A stretch of DNA of 62,634 nt, filler included. It is 10 parts of 10 records of this genome, joined end to end, with 100 filler letters (N's around TTAATTAATTAA, not from the genome) between each part and the next. Parts side by side here need not be neighbours in the genome. Positions count along the whole stretch, not along the records: positions 22,814 to 27,052 come from SRR7504441_14517; positions 27,153 to 32,798 come from SRR7504441_14518; positions 32,899 to 45,968 come from SRR7504441_14519; 7 more parts are not named here. One strand, given 5' to 3'. Position numbers and translations under genes: made by a program. How positions within the stretch are numbered: position 1 is the first letter of the stretch; each line of letters starts with the position of its first letter. The notes under the pieces are model-generated. The model was not told the origin of the DNA. It searched no databases and worked only from the letters and a program-made list of their open reading frames with translations. This document shows positions 22,821 to 34,957 of this stretch, piece after piece.

Positions 22821-24172
22821 ATGACGGGCGGGCGAGAGCTCACCTGGGGCAAGAAGCTGGCGCACAACGGTGGGGGGCGGCTGGGGTTGAGACTAGCGTC
22901 TGGGGCGGCAGATAAGAAGGTGCGGGACAAGACGGTGAAGGTGCTCAGGGCCTGGCTGAGCAAACAGGCCGGGTTGGGCGAGCTCGACGTGCTCAAGCTG
23001 TGGAAGGGCCTGTTCTACTGTGCGCCCCCCGCCCATCCTGCCCGACCGCGCTGAGCCAGGCTTCTGGATGTCGGACAAGCGGCCGGTGCAGCGAGAGTTA
23101 GCGGGCACCCTGACCGAGTTGGTGGGCTGGGCGCACCCAGAGTGCCGGATGGGATTCATCAAGGTGCGGCCCGCGAGCGCAGCTCAGTCAGCCAACCGCA
23201 GGGGTTTTTCAGCACAATGCACCGCGAGTGGTCCGGAATCGACCGGCTGCGACTGGACAAATACTTCATGCTAGTCCAGACATTCCTGGCCGGCAGCTTC
23301 GCCACCCTGCGCGACGCCGAGTGCGCGGCCCGGGTGGGCGGGGGGCCGGATGGCTGATTGCAGCTGGGACGAGGGAGTTGTCGAGCAGTTTGTGCAGGGG
23401 ATGACCGAGGGCGTGCTCTCGGCCCAGGGTAGCTGATTGGGCTGGGCTGCTCACCACTCGCCGGGCAGCGAGCGCGGCCAAGGGCCTGGCCATGTTCCTT
23501 ACCGAGAAATGGCTGGTTCAGCTGCGCCGGGCCTCGCCGGAGGTGCACTAGCCGCGTTTCAGCTGGTGAGGTGCAGTAGGTGCCGGCCCGGGCTGTGAGT
23601 CAGCTGATTGAGCCATTCTATCACTTCCTCTCTCAATCGGCAGACAAGCAGATTGTCAAGCTGGTGGTCAGCAAGATCTTCGACCCGCTGCTGCCACAAA
23701 ATGTGCCCACAGCCTGGGTTACCGAGCAGTGATGAGGCAGATGAAGCCGGACGACACACTAGTGGCTGACGTGCCACAGGTATGCGACCGGCTCTTCCAG
23801 CTGGCAGCTGCACGGTGTGGGCACAGCACAGCCGCTGGCTGAGCCAGTGCAGAGAGACGCGCTCGGGCAATCGAGGGGCGCTGTACGAGTTGCACAGCCA
23901 GTACGAGAGCTGTGTTAAGCAGTTGGCGCTGATGGAGGAAGAAGAGCAGGGCGGTTCCACAGCTGAAGAGAGCCCCAAAGGTAGCCGGCTCAAAGGCAGT
24001 GACTGCTCAGCTTTGGCTTTACGCAGTGGCACCCAGAGGGAAGCCAGGTGGCAAACATCGCAAAAGGAGCGCAGCAGACGAGACTCAAGGTGCATGCATC
24101 TAGTCACTGCTTCGTTTGAATGTGTCACAAGGTGACAAGGTTGGCCGCAAAAGGAAGCAAAGGACAAATTAA
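22821..24172 (+). CDS. RRP1: Nucleolar protein Nop52/RRP1
   Basis: KKLAHN|DKKVRDK, LKLWKGLFYC|FWMSDKRPVQ, TMHREWSGIDRLRLDKYFMLV; about eight introns of ~40 nt. Confidence 0.92.
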
Positions 24173-24548
24173 TTAGTTAACACTCAGTCTAACATCCACG
24201 AAATACTGTAAAGTGTGTATTATAGTAGTGTGCATTAATCCTCAAGGGATTTTCACCGATAAACCAACTTCAGAATTAAGATCTCTGACTAAATTTACTT
24301 GTACAGTAGTAAATTATTGATATCGTCCCGCGAATTCGAAGTTATTGCCTGCGCTCGTGAACGTAATCTAATCTTCATTATGTCCTCTAGTCAGTACTTG
24401 TACGTACCTATGAAAGGCCCGGAAACTAGTTGTATCACTTTGCTCGCAAGGCTGGTCCGGTCTGGTCGCCCAGGGTACGCCCAGGGGTAGCGGATCACAA
24501 AATGTTGCCAGAGTCTGATCCTCCCATACACAGTGATGCTTTGTTGCC

Positions 24549-25038
24549 CTAATCCTCGTGCCCTAAGTTGCCCAAGTGAAGACCAAAGTCGAGAGTTGTA
24601 GGTTGTAAAGCTTTTACTTGTCTCCCATGTTGCATCGCTTTGGCCGATGAGGCCCAATCCTTTGACTGCAAGGGATTTTGAAAATCTTGGAGGTTGTGAG
24701 GATTTCTCATCAATCTGGACCGTTGCACCACTACATCCCCATTCAGGTCAATTTCGTCCAAGTTGCGTGTCAGAAATATGCCGTTGCCTTGGCAGCCCCT
24801 CGAAGGCTTGCATATGTAAGTGCGAACCTGCGCATCCCTCATATGTTTGTTGATTTAGTCTCCGCGCCTTCCTATCCTGGGCCTGCTTGTGCAGCTCTGC
24901 AGCATCGGCCGGGAGCACCCATGTCTTTGGATAAAAATTGAACATCCCCGGTGGCAGCGCCTAAGGTGCCTCACGTTGGCCCAACAATGCCGACTGCACC
25001 TTGGACAGGCGGTTTAGGTTACGCGCCAAGCCGTTTTT
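24549..25038 (-). pseudogene. Incomplete tubulin polyglutamylase (TTLL6/13-like) gene
   Basis: KNGLARNLNRLSK|ALPPGMFNFYPKTWVLP...QDRK|VRTYICKPSRGCQGNGIFL...VVQR, with intact introns at 24961-24999 and 24828-24867. The upstream NHFPG and downstream KFDLR/WLLEVN motifs are absent. Confidence 0.75.
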
Positions 25039-25393
25039 GAGGAACTAAGGAGGATTCGAGAGCACTCTGCTTCCACCGGTATTGGAGCTGTTCGTAAATC
25101 CAAAGAATCCATCAAGGAAGCAGAATTAGAGTTTCCGAGGGCTTCGTGGCTTGCCATTGCCGCCTGAAGCTAGACCGCTAGACTATTAAAGTGTAGTCTA
25201 CTTTGTGAAAAGTTGGGTGCCGCCTGCCTCCATGGGGGGGTGATCTGCCCATCCAAGTTCGGGTGTTTTGACACCGTCCTAACACCGTCCCTAGAATAAG
25301 TAATAACTGAAGCGCTGAAGGAGGGTCAGCCATGAGCAAACCTTCGACCGTTATATCACGACAGGTACCGGACCGCGCTCGGCAGGATTCGAC

Positions 25394-26579
25394 ATGGACT
25401 CGGATACGGAGAGCGGCGACGAGGAGTTCGAGACGCAGAAGCAAGTGACCCGCCGCTCCATGGAACCCTTTGTCAACGAGGAGCAGGACTTCCCAGCTTT
25501 CGGTAGCGCCACCCAGCAGGTTGCCTATCGGCGCGGTTTGGCATGGAGCTCGGGCCAGGTTGCAAGCTCGATGAATTATAGCTCTGCGTGGGCTTCGAGC
25601 GCGGCGCCGTCCTCGATGCCTGATGTGCGCTTCCCAGCACAGCACGCCTCCCTTCATATCTTGGCGATGGCAGGTGATGGTGCGGTCGAAACGTCGGGCT
25701 CCGGCCGCCAGCCCGTCTGCTTCCGCTCCAGAGCCAGCTGTGGCTCAAATCGCGGACGCTGGGGCAGGCGGGGTGCCTTGGCGCGCGTCGGATTGGGATC
25801 GCTGCATGTCTAACGTACCGCGGTGGTCTAGCGAGCCACCGCGCGGCTTTGGGACTGTACCCCGCCAAGACCCGTATAGAAGGGCCAAGAGTGGCTCCGC
25901 GCCCAAGCAACCAGCAGCGCCCAAGCGTCCGGCGGTGAGCGCGTGCTGCTTGACTTGAGCTAAGCGTGGGGTCAGGAGAAGAAGGCGGTTGCTCAACCTG
26001 TGGCGCAGCAACCAAAGCAGGCAAAGCCAGAAAAACAGCCGGCAGCAAGACCTGAGCAAGATGGTGATGGGTTCACCGAAGTGGTCTCGCGCAAACAGCG
26101 GCACACCACGGAGAGCAAGGCGAGCAGCAGCAGCTCAGCACCAGCCAAGGCAATACAGACCTCGTCTGCATTCGATGCGCTGCAGCAGCTGGAAGGTGCA
26201 GCCGGCTGTGGGCCTGGCCACAAGATGTTTGCTGTCAGGAAACGCCAGCCCGCCTCAGAAGTCGCAGCCGGATCAAGCGCCGTCCCAGAAGATCAAGGCT
26301 GAGAAAAAGCAAAAGAGTAAGTCAAAACCTGCCAAGCAGCCTGTGCGTGCCCCGACTCAACTCGCACCCAAACCAGTCCCAGCAACTGAGAAAAAACCCG
26401 ATGAAAGTCGTGAGCAGAAGACGAAGAAGAAGAGTGGCGGCAAGCGCGGGTCTAGGAGAGGTGGTTCCAACGGCAGCAAGGAAGCTAAAGCTATTTCTGG
26501 TCTGCCCATAAGCTATGTTGTTGTTGCCGCTGTGCTGGCAGCTGCACTGGCATATTACGTAGCCAAGACTCAGATCTAG
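25394..26579 (+). CDS. Hypothetical low-complexity protein with C-terminal membrane anchor
   Basis: MDSDTESGDEEF start, DGFTEVVSRK motif, Lys-rich linker, ends ISYVVVAAVLAAALAYYVAKTQI*. Confidence 0.6.
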
Positions 26580-27259
26580 GCCAGATCCGGAATTCTTCAC
26601 CTTAAAGGCCGGAAATAATGCTCGATCATGAGAGGAAGGCTGTCTCGCGTAACATTGCTTGGGTAGGAACTTCCTTGGTCTTTGGCCTCACTGAACACGG
26701 CCACACTGGAATTTGGGGTATGATGTAGGGTTTGAAATTGTTTATGAAAAAATAAAAAAGATAACTGATTGTTTGTTTCACAATGAGGGGATGGAGGAGA
26801 GATGCAAGGTGGCATCTCTTTGGGCTGAAATCTTTCTTTGCCCAGGATGGAATATTACAAGTCCAGTAGTGTAGGCCAGTGGTCGAGTTTCGCGCCAAAA
26901 CCGAATCGTGGCGTCAAGTGCGGGAGTCTATCTATTGAGGAGAGAGAGTCTTGTCAGGTGGAGGCACCGAAGACCGGACGGGAGGAGTTCCGATCCCTAC
27001 AGTGGGTTGGTTATGGGTTTGGGGCCCGGTCCGCCAGCTCGTTCACCGTGTCNNNNNNNNNNNNNNNNNNNNNNNNNNNNNNNNNNNNNNNNNNNNTTAA
27101 TTAATTAANNNNNNNNNNNNNNNNNNNNNNNNNNNNNNNNNNNNNNNNNNNNGCTCGAGCAGCCGACCGACCCACCCACCGCTCATCGCACTGTCACACC
27201 AGGAGCCCTGCCTCGAATAACTTCGGATAACGGAATTGGGCATCGGGGGGGCTGAGGCG

Positions 27260-30200
27260 ATGCGCGCACCGTCGTTGGGACGCGACAGCGTGGACTCCAA
27301 CCCGCTGCTGGCCCCGCCTCGTGTAGTCCCGCGCCCCCCAGCGGCGCCCCCGCCTGGAAACTCAAGTTGGGTCCCGCCCCGGCCGCCCGGGAGTCCCCCA
27401 CCGGTCTCCGGGAAGAGCGAGCTGTCGTGTGCGTCCACAGCCCAGCCGGCGCGCAAGCCAAACCCAATGTGGAAGCTGGGGCGGGACAGCGCGGTGCTGC
27501 TGGCCGTGTTCGCAGTCTGGGCCTTCGGGGGGGTGCGTCGGCCGGCTGCGGCCGGTCAGCGGGTTGCAGGTGCTGTTCTACTGGCTTTATAAAGTGACTG
27601 GCGACTCCGGGATACAGATGCAATACAAGCTGCTCGGCCGGGACGCCGGGGGCGACTGCACCCAGCCGCTTCACTCGGACTGGCGCTACCGCCTGAGCCA
27701 GAACATCGACGACAGCTGGAGCAGCTGCGCTGAGCTGGCCGAGCAGCAGGACGGGCCGTGCTGCGGGCTCAAGATCCGGTACGCCGGCGGGCTGATCTCG
27801 CCGCTCGGCCGGGACTGCTCGGCCGCGGACGTGATCACTTTCCGCACCTTCTCGGACGCGGCTGCGCTCTCGATATCGATTGCGCCGCTCAGCAAGAAGG
27901 GCGAAGTGCAGGGCGCGCTGCTGCCTGTGCTCGCCAGGACAGGACCGCCTGTAGTGAACGCGACGGCCCCGCCCGACCCGGCCTGGATGGTGGTGGACAA
28001 CTCGGGGCCGCTCTACCCGGCCAGTCTCGGGCGAGTGCCGGCGTACGGGCCCGGGGCTGAGTGCTGGGCAGCTCACCAGAATACTTTGCTATCGACCTCG
28101 AGTACCTGTCGAGCGATATCAGCAGCGGGGCCCGCCCGACCCTCTCGCTCACATGGAGCGGCTCCGGGTTCGACGGCGGGATCGTGTCGGACGACTGGTG
28201 CGAGGCGATGCGATGCCAGTCTCAGCGGAGACAGGTTCTTTGCGCCTAATGAGAAGACGATCGGGCAGCACCTGGCCGAGGCTGATCTTGCCACCCGCAC
28301 ATGGACGGTGCCTGCCGGGCCGGGCCGGGCCAGCGGGCGCAGGTGATAGTAATTGTGACGATCCTGGCTGTGCTGTGGATCTCTGGAGAAACAGTTTACA
28401 TCGTGAGAGGGCAAGTCGACAAGCGGAGCGAGCAACGTGAGCTGGAGGAAGCCAAGCTGATGCGCGCTCGCAAGTACCAGGAGCGTCAGGGCAACCCGCA
28501 CCCGCTGGCTCTGGTGGGCGCTGGCTCGGGCCACTGGTGAGTCTCCGGGCAGACTGACGACGCATCGAACGGGGCGGCCTCACTCAAGTATCCACTCAAG
28601 TGGGGGGCCAAGCTGGCCAAGTGGCGGGCGCGCAAGGGGATCGTCAAGAAGGCGAATGAGGGGTGCGTCGGCAGTGCGGGCTGGCTGACCTGGCAGCAGG
28701 CTGTCTATAGGCGCCGTGGCCACATCGTTCATGTACTTTGCAGTGGGGATGGCGGTGGTGGCCTTCTTCCTGATGCTGGCCCCGACGCCGCCCAGCGCCG
28801 CGCAGGAGGCCGACGACCTGTCCGACCCGTGGTTCTACGTGAATCCGTTCCGGAATATAGGAATGTACGGCTGGTACGACTTCTTCTGCTTTGGGGCACT
28901 GTTGCTTGAGACACTGCTGTTCATCTGGGCGCTGCTCACTGTCAATTGGCCGGCCAAGGGGGTCAAGGAGCGGGCGATCGATGCAGACTTGGAGGCCGCA
29001 ATGCTGCTCCAGGAGGAATCTAGAGACCAGGTGGGCAGCTGCTCGGGCATGGCTCACTTGTGCTGCAGGTGGCGCTGCTGATCGCCACACACAAGTGTGA
29101 CAGCACTGTCGAGAAGCGCGACGGACTCCGGGCGGCGCTGAGGGCGGCGCTCCGGCGGTTCCCGGCCTCTTCGATCTTTGTGTGCGACAATGCTCAGACG
29201 GAGGCGCCGCCGGATGCGACGTACGATCTGGTGCAAGAGGTCTGCCAAGAGGAGAACGTGACCGAGCAAATCAATTACATCTACCTGCCGGTGGGGAACA
29301 AGACGGTGGCATTCTTCTGGACGGTGGACGTGTGGATCCCGGTACTGGAGAAGCACCAGATCTGCCCTCGTTTCAAGTACATTATGATGATCGACGACGA
29401 TGTGCAGGCCAGTCCGCCCGGAACGCTCAGCAGTGACGGGAGTGGCCAGGTGCCTGAGGAGCTCCGGCTGCCGCTGCGGTCGTTCACCAAGGAGCGCGAT
29501 GTGATGGCGTACGCGTATTGCATCAACACCTTCCACAACACCAGCGTGGAGGTGCCCCCAGCGCCCCTCAGGCCCGCCAGCCTGCGGGCAGGCACCCAAC
29601 GCCCCGATGCTGGTGAGGTATCAAAACCTCGAGTATCTGATGGCCGGATTCTTCAAGCAGTTTCAGGCGCCCGCCGGCCAGCGCCTGCGCGAGCCGTTGT
29701 GCCAGGCCAAGTACGGGACTGCGCTGGCATGTCATGGGGCAATTTCGCTCTGGCGGCGAGAGATCCTGACTAGCCGGATCTTCTGGGAGCACGACACGGT
29801 GTTCAACGGCGAAGGTGGCGGCACAGAGCCAACCGTAACTGAAGCGAACTGTGGCAGATTTGCAGATGGGGCTGATTCTGCACTCAATGAAGGCGGGGTA
29901 TTCAATCAATGTCTCGAGCCGCGACATTGTGATGACTGAGCCGCCCGCCGACTTCTACACGCTGTGGAAGCAGCGGGTCAAGTCATGGGATGTCACTCAG
30001 CACCGGAAGACACTAGACTTCCTGCAGATCGTGCTGTTCCACTGGTGCGGCGGGGTCAAGACACTCATCCTCAAGCCGTTTCTGCTGATGGAGATTTTCA
30101 ATATCATTCAGGATTGGGCCCGGATTTTCTTCTTTGGTTACCTGCTCACCTACAACGAGGGCAGGATCCACCTGGCCCAGTGGCTGATCTACCTGGTGAG

Positions 30201-30748
30201 CCTCGGCCGATATCAGCGCTTTGACAGCCAGTCCGCAGATCATTCTGCAGTGGATTGCGTTTGCTGTGTTCTATCGGAAGACGCTCAAGCACCGGCCTGA
30301 GGATAGAGACAAGTGGATTGTTTTCTTTCTATTCCCGCTAGTCTACAAGCCAATGACACAGGTCTTATCCTCCTTTTAGGCGCCTCGTTGTGAGCGTGTG
30401 GCAGCTATTTCGTTGGTACGCCCTGCTAGAGAGTATCACACGTAAGGAGAAGCCCGCGTCCAAGATTCGGTGAGAGCGAGCCTGCCCAGCACAGCTGACT
30501 GGCCTGCAGGGACAAGGAGGAGCTCCAGGTGCTGCCGCCCAAGCCGTTCATGAAGCCGGACGAGGCACCTATTGCTCAGGTCGCGACTAACCAGCTGGTG
30601 ACAGATCAACTGGAACGATGTTTGGACCGCCGATATTCCTCCAGGATACGAGGACACGCTTGCACTGCGGATGGGCCACGGAAGGCAGAGTGAAAGAAGC
30701 CTCGCTGACCAAGATGGCCACGACGACAACGGCAATTTCTTCGTCTAG
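27260..30748 (+). CDS. Membrane-integral processive glycosyltransferase family 2 with large N-terminal extramembrane domain
   Basis: IFVCDN, GNKT, MMIDDD, FNGE|DLQMG (intron 29815-29857), LWKQRVKSW (QxxRW-like); TM helices on both sides. Confidence 0.8.
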
Positions 30749-30873
30749 TACTTCGTAATAAAATCACAAAGATTAAATGTAAATCACTGATATCAGCACT
30801 TGTGATACTATGTTGGCTAGAGCTCGGTGTTATATCGGTGTAAGCTCGTAGACGGTGACTGTAAGTCGTGGAC

Positions 30874-31605
30874 TTAGACGATTTCAAACTCTCCATCGAC
30901 GCATAGCTGCTTCAAGACTTCCGCCGTCTCAGTGTGGCCGCCGGCTCGTGCTCGGGCCGTTGGCGTCAGCCCCTTATTGTTTGGACTGTTCAGATCAGCC
31001 TTCAATTCGGCCAGTGATTTCACAGCACCCGTTCTGCCCATTGATGCAGCTGTAGATATGGGCGATGTGCTGCTGTTATTTCCTTGGTTAATATTTGCGC
31101 CGTGTGCTGCAAGCAAGTTGATGCAGTCCGTATACCCATAGTACGCCGCCATGAACACGGGGGTACGCCCGTTTTTTGAGGCCACATGAATGTCGGCCTT
31201 CTTTTCTATCAGCAACTCCAGCGTGCTATACTTGCCATACATGGATGCTATCCAGACTAGTGAGCCTCCGCTTGCAGGTGACTTATAATCAATCCCTTCA
31301 GTAGACGTTTTAAGGAGCTTGGCTAGATCTTTGGTCTGTCCCTTCATACTGGATCTGCACTCTAGCAAACAACCAGCATCAATTAGAAGCGATCGGCAAC
31401 TCTCTCGACGCAACACCCTTTTGGCGTGCAATTTGCGTCGCAGCTGGCCACTGCATCGCAGTTGACCGCGGAGGGCGAGCACCCGCCTGCGCCCCCCTCA
31501 AGTGAGCGGAGGTGGGCCTAGGGCGGCACCGCTCTCGCACCAGTGGCACGAGTAACCGGAGGTGATGCAACCCTCGCAGGAGCCGCTGAAGCTGCAATCC
31601 CCCAT
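30874..31605 (-). CDS. Ankyrin-repeat protein with predicted N-terminal Cys-rich (PSI-like) exons
   Basis: GRTPVFMAAYYG, SPISTAASMG, GLTPTARARAGG repeats (30874-31347); upstream exons MGDCSFSGSCEGCITSGYSCHWCESG|GCSPSAVNC. Confidence 0.7.
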
Positions 31606-31706
31606 GAAGCTCCGACGCCGATGAACGGACTCTGAGTTGGGAGCCTCGAAGAGTTGTCGAAGAGGTGAAGAAAATTCCTGAAGGCGGACGTTGTGGAACT
31701 CTCAGC

Positions 31707-32710
31707 ATGCCGCTCAGCTTCGTCTGCGGACACATAGACAAGAGCGGGGCAAAGCACACGCAGGTCACCCGCTCGGTCGACGACACGGTGGCTGGCCGCT
31801 CGCTCCCAGGCTGACTGATGGACAGGTGGCTATTGACCTTGGGGCTCGGTCGCGCCCCGAGATCAGCACGGTGGTGGCCTATGACAGGACGGACCGCAGC
31901 CGAGACCAGCTGGGCCGGACCTGGACCGCTACCCGGCTGGACCCGCGACCGGCCGACTTCAAGTTCGAGACGTTCAGCACCTCGTTCAAGGCGGCGGGCG
32001 GGGCGGACCACGAGAGTTACCGCCGGGCGGCCCGCGGGATGAGCAACCTCGAGTGCCGGTGCTACGCCACCATGCAGGACCATCTTTCCGACAGAAACGC
32101 TCGAGCCGCTCACCCGACGGTTGCCTTCCCACGGGTCAGCACCGCACTGGAGAGAGCCGCCGCGCTCGAGAAAGCCCAACTCCCGGAGTACTCACGCAGC
32201 TGCGCCGGCAAGACAAAGGGCGGCGGGATCCCATCTGGTGGGGCCAGTGAGCTGCGGCGCGAGGGGGACCGCCGGCCGAGCAGCGAGCCGTTCGGCTACA
32301 GCCGGCAGTTCGGCAACCCCTGCCGAGCCAGGCTGACCATGACGACCAGGGCGCCGCTCGGCTTGGGAAGCGAGTCTGGCGTCAGGCCGAGGGATGCTAA
32401 GTACGCCACGGGCTACAAGCCTGCCAAGCAGGCCATGCCGATGGCGAGCGACCCTCTGGACTTGGAGTCGGCGCCCAAGAGCTACACAGAGATGGTCAAT
32501 GCACAAAAGCTCGGGATCCCGTCGCACGGCAGCGAGCATCCTGGGGCGGCGGCTCGTCGGCAGGCTAGGAAGGCTAAAAAGGAGCCAAGGAAAGGCTACG
32601 TCCAAGCGCAGAATGAGCAAAGGCTGCAGCTGTGCCGGGAGAGTATGCAGATCAGCTCAAGATCAGACTCACGGATCGAAGCGTTCAGGCAGCCCGAGTG
32701 GGTACATTGA
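31707..32710 (+). CDS. Hypothetical protein
   Basis: MPLSFVCGHIDKSG start, one 38-nt intron, then a long open frame to TGA. Confidence 0.55.
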
Positions 32711-32898
32711 TCACTTGAACTTTGTACGGGTACGAGTAACATTAACATTAGACCTGATTAGACGCATGAAAATCGGCGGCCCGTCCGGCCCAGTACTCNN
32801 NNNNNNNNNNNNNNNNNNNNNNNNNNNNNNNNNNNNNNNNNNTTAATTAATTAANNNNNNNNNNNNNNNNNNNNNNNNNNNNNNNNNNNNNNNNNNNN

Positions 32899-33937
32899 GA
32901 TGGGTCCAATACCGGCCCTTGATCGTGCAGAAGACGATATCCTTCTGTTTAACATCGTCGTGCGCTTTCACCGGCGCAAACTTGCGGCACTCGCCGCTCC
33001 GTAAACGCGGGGCCAAGCTATTGCCGCCGCCCCTGAACTGCACAGTCTCACCGTTCTGCAGGCGGCGCTTGAATGCGTGGTGGCCAGTCATCAGGTTGCC
33101 TATCCCGCCGTCTTCCTCTAGCTCCGCTGGGTGATCGTCCATGACCAAGATCCCGTCGCTAGCAGTGCGCCGACGGAGCGCGTCTGTGAGCTGGACAAGT
33201 CCGTCGCCAAAGCCCGGCAGGCCAGGTGGCTGGGCTCCTGAGTCCAAGCAGTAAGGCTCCGTCCATTCTCTAATCTCCTGCACTACCTCCGGCTGCAAAT
33301 CAACGCTATCAATGCTCAGCTGGAGCTCGAGTCCCTGAAACTCAACCGCTATCCCGAGCTCGCCGTGCACAAACAGCGACGAGGGAGCTCCGCCGTAGCT
33401 CTCAAACCCGGCGGTTCCGGATAGCGCCGTGCACAGTGCATCCCCGACTCCACCCGACGGCAGTGTGATGGTGACCGCGGCGGCGGCCCCAGCCTCAGAA
33501 TCCGGCACACCGGGCTGGTCCGAAGCTGCGGCGGCGGAGATCTGGCGGCAGCGTGCACTAGCCCATTCGACTGCTTCACCCGCTACCGCGCAGACAGCCT
33601 CTTCGCCGATGTTGTCCCAGCACAGCTGCCGGAGAACGGCAGCCAGCTGCGCATCATCATCCCACGGCCGCGCACTCGGCTGGCCGGGGACCAGTGTCCC
33701 GCGGATCTCGGCCGGTCCGTCGGCAAGGTATCGTTCCCCGAGCGAGCAGTGGAGCGTCAGCCGGCCCAAGTTCTCCTCCAGGGCGATCTCCAGCTCAAAC
33801 CGCAGCGGGAATGAGAGCCCGGGCTCTGGCCCGATCTCGCCAGCTGCGATGAAGCCGGCCAGGTCTGGGTCGGCGGCGCGGAACTCGTCGGGGTAGATGC
33901 TGGACACCGCCAGCAATTCCTCGAGCACTTGGTCCAT
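32899..33937 (-). CDS. RWD-domain protein with C-terminal S24/S26 peptidase-like domain, 3'-truncated
   Basis: EELLAVSSIYPDEF...LHCSLGERYL...IGEEAV (RWD); GETVQFRGGGNSLAPRLRSGE...DIVFCTIKGRYWTH. Confidence 0.7.
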
Positions 33938-34183
33938 CGAGGCCGCGGTCGGCTAGCTGGATGACCCCCGGGCTTTCACGGCCCTGCTGAAGAACCACCC
34001 AGCGTGCTTGAGCACACCGACAGTGCCTTTGCGCCTACTCTCTCAGTGATGGCTGCCCCTGGATAGCCCTGCCCCGCTGTCGCCAGCCTCTGAGCTCCAG
34101 GCGCCCAGGAGACGTAACGGAAGTTCATCATTGGGAGCCCCTGTCCCCTGGTGAAGGACGGGGTCCAGCAATGCGCGGGTAGG

Positions 34184-34727
34184 ATGATCACCCCCGCGCC
34201 GCTGCCGCTGACGACCCCCGTGAGCACAATTGTCTTCAGCACCCAGCCCAGCCCCGCCCCGGACCCCCGACAGTGCCAACCCTCCCTGCCTGCGCCCACC
34301 GGCGGCTCAGATGGCGAAGGCCGGGCGGCGCCCCTGCTACCCCAGAACCGAGCGAGCGGCCGGCGGTAAGCTTCGGAGAGGCGTTCGCGGTGGGGCCCCT
34401 GCCTAGGTCGAGCTGATTGAACCGTCAGCGGAATACGACCGGCAAGCCGCGGCTGGACAGTCTGCTGGCCGCTTCGCCAAAGAAACACCACATCACACTG
34501 ACAGAGGTGTGGCGCTGGCTTGGTACGCATGGGAGCGGGGGCAGGCGCGGGCGGCCAAGGATGCGTCGGAGAGCTCGGAGCAGATGAGCGAGATTGAGAA
34601 GTTCGAGCGCGAAATGACTCTTAAGAAGGTGCTGTGCTTGGGTTGAGGGCGGGCTGATGGGGGGCAGATCATGGAGTTTGAGGCCCAGCTGGTGGACCCG
34701 ACCGTCCGAGACCAGATGTTCGAGTGA
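34184..34727 (+). CDS. Hypothetical small protein, multi-exon, start uncertain
   Basis: Exons join through ~38-48-nt introns to ..SEIEKFEREMTLKK|IMEFEAQLVDPTVRDQMFE*. Confidence 0.4.
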
Positions 34728-34957
34728 ATCGGCAGATGATGCTTGTGGCAGGCCGTTTCCCGTGCCCCTAGGGCCAATGTGGAAACGAATTGCCTTCATG
34801 AATTGTACAGTAGTTGTTGTGTAGCTGCTGTGAGTAATGTGAAGTCACTCGTGTAGATTGTAAACAGTACAGCTCTAGACGCTGATATCAGAACCTCCAA
34901 TCGAATACACATGCATCCATGCGTTCATTATATTAAGAGGTTTTATTAATAATCAAC

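Noticed and set aside
24243-24679. 11-bp direct repeat CAAGGGATTTT (24243 and 24669) as a transposon footprint near the TTLL fragment
   Set aside because: No terminal inverted repeats or Helitron-type ends found, and the repeat does not bracket the fragment.
26580-27052. AT-richer stretch as possible missing TTLL exons or an ncRNA
   Set aside because: No TTLL motifs on either strand and no recognisable RNA signature.
33985-34241. Terminal inverted match TGCTGAAGA/TCTTCAGCA with inner hairpins and ATGATGA..CTGA on the minus strand (RNase MRP/P or C/D snoRNA-like)
   Set aside because: The P4 consensus elements of RNase P/MRP are absent, and the region parses more simply as exons and ~40-nt introns of the plus-strand gene ending at 34727.
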